DNA of 63,310 nucleotides, filler included, from Lenisia limosa (lineage: Eukaryota; Protista; Breviatea): the NCBI GenBank assembly GCA_001655205.1. It is 16 parts of 16 records of this genome, joined end to end, with 100 filler letters (N's around TTAATTAATTAA, not from the genome) between each part and the next. Parts side by side here need not be neighbours in the genome. Positions count along the whole stretch, not along the records: positions 60,297 to 63,310 come from LPNZ01005328.1; 15 more parts are not named here. One strand, 5' to 3'. Each line of letters opens with the position of its first letter. The first letter of the stretch is position 1. Below, piece after piece: positions 61,592 to 63,310 of the stretch. The notes under the pieces were generated by a model. The model was given only the letters and a program-made list of their open reading frames with translations, ran no database searches and was not told the DNA's origin. A program made the position numbers and the translations under genes.

Positions 61592-63310
61592 ACACGAGTG
61601 GATATGAGGTATCATAAGATAAAAAATAATCAAAAAATGTAAAAAAAACCAAAAAGTGATATGATATTCTATGAGACACAAGATGAGTAATACTAATTAA
61701 GAATGGAATTGGAATTGGAAAATTCCATATATTCCCTTTGAGGTGTGAAGTAGCCTTAGCTTACTTTTGTAGCAGTTTAAACTCTTTCTGTCAGTGTTAA
61801 TTCAGCTCAAACGTGGCTCAATAACAGTCAAACTACACTTAAACCCCGTTGGATACTCAGGGTAATTTGGCCGAAGGATCCGAAGCTGAAGGTGATCAGT
61901 TGTGGGGGGGAGGGGGGTTCTCCTGTCCTGTTTTCTTTTTAATTGTTGTTGTGNNNNNNNNNNNNNNNNNNNNNNNNNNNNNNNNNNNNNNNNNNNNNNN
62001 NNNNNNNNNNNTAATATTAGCTGAGAATTACGAGAACGAGAACTTGACCTGAATGACGAGAAAACGCAGTTTAAATACTATTGGAACCTGGGGGTGGCTT
62101 CCTGGCTGATTTGCCCCCATTGCACTATAAAGCTGCACGGTTTTCGTGTTTTCCATAGTGGCGGTGTACAGGAGAACAGGAGAGTGATCCCCCCTTGGCT
62201 ATGGTTGGTTGTTTTTACGTTTTTACAGTATATATTTATCAATCAATGCAATTTGCAACAATCCCACTGGAATCCTTGAATCTTATCCACCAATCCATTA
62301 CAAAATTGATGATTTTTTTTTTGGCTTTGATTCGAGACAAGTGAAAACAAATATACAAGTGATAAACACATTGTTTCAAGTTAACCCTAGGAGTATTATA
62401 TTTTGTATTAAGTTGGTACTACCACAACATGAAGGCGAAAACATAGGGAAGGCTTTTGGAGCCAGATGATACTATGATGTAATTCCGAGCATATATTTAC
62501 ATATGCTTAATATATACCAGCATTTTTCATCACAACAGAAAAAGGAAACATTAGAAACAGAAATCAAAACCTGGACAAAAGGGACCCAAAATCTGAACTT
62601 AAGATCTAAAAGAGTCAGGGGGGGGGGGGGGATTGGNNNNNNNNNNNNNNNNNNNNNNNNNNNNNNNNNNNNNNNNNNNNNNNNNNNNNNNNNNNNNNNN
62701 NNNNNNNNNNNNNNNNNNNNNNNNTAAAGCATCTTTGGCAAAACGTACAATGACAAAACAACACATAAACGACTTTATTAACATAATAATAATAAAAAAA
62801 AACACAATTAAAAATATCTATAAAGTATCCCCCCTCCCCTCCCACGTTTCATCGTGACTAATAACAGAGAAAAAGTTATAATACCATCATCAATATCAAC
62901 AACACAAATATAAGTGCAACAACAAAACCAACAAAGTACTTTATCGTGATAAGCCTACTTTAGGCAGCTTTATAAGATTTTTAACAGCCTACTTAAGAGG
63001 TGTCATCACGCTCAACATCGGAAAAAGTCGGCATAGGCGCCGGGCGTTTACCGGACCAACTTGCCAAAAGCGGAAGGGACATAATCGGAACTAATCCACT
63101 GAAGAGGTATATATACCTGCGGGTGTAAGATGTATTACAGGGCAGGGGGGATAATACGACATAGATCTATAGTTGAGGGAGGTAAAAATGGAAAATTTAT
63201 GAACAAACAAAAAAAGGACCCCAAAATCAAATCTGTTGCACGAGTGTGAGAAAAAGTAAAAAAAAAACTCGAGCAAGACGCTTCTGCAACAACATGAAAT
63301 AATACACTTG

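Noticed and set aside
1-63310. Operon-like or co-functional clustering of the genes across the window
   Set aside because: The window is 16 concatenated scaffolds; adjacency across linkers is artificial.

Overview
This is eukaryotic draft-assembly sequence, not a prokaryotic locus. It is AT-rich with GC-richer short exons and GT-AG introns of about 24-500 nt. Fifteen artificial 100-nt linkers (N44-TTAATTAATTAA-N44) join 16 unrelated scaffolds, so gene neighbourhood means something only within a scaffold. Recognisable gene pieces, assembled by hand from exons: the UTP20 C-terminus, DNAAF5/HEATR2, a PRPF4-like WD40 exon, a USP (peptidase C19), an RCC1-repeat protein, a C-terminal RING-HC protein, a TBC1D23-C-like PH domain, a Glu-rich protein, sushi-like surface proteins and several unknown exons. 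Repeats are dense: a ~100-bp hAT-type MITE (about 30 copies, TAGGG termini, 8-bp TSDs), at least five other short interspersed families, a decayed LINE 3' end and a decayed SLX1-like GIY-YIG nuclease. The most interesting items are (1) an array of 12-13 phase-0 micro-exons encoding Pro/Ser/Arg repeats at 54.3-56.4 kb and (2) the hAT MITE, which sits at or next to 5' splice sites and could in principle create introns. All protein identities come from motif recall, not database searches. Coordinates of partial repeats are approximate.
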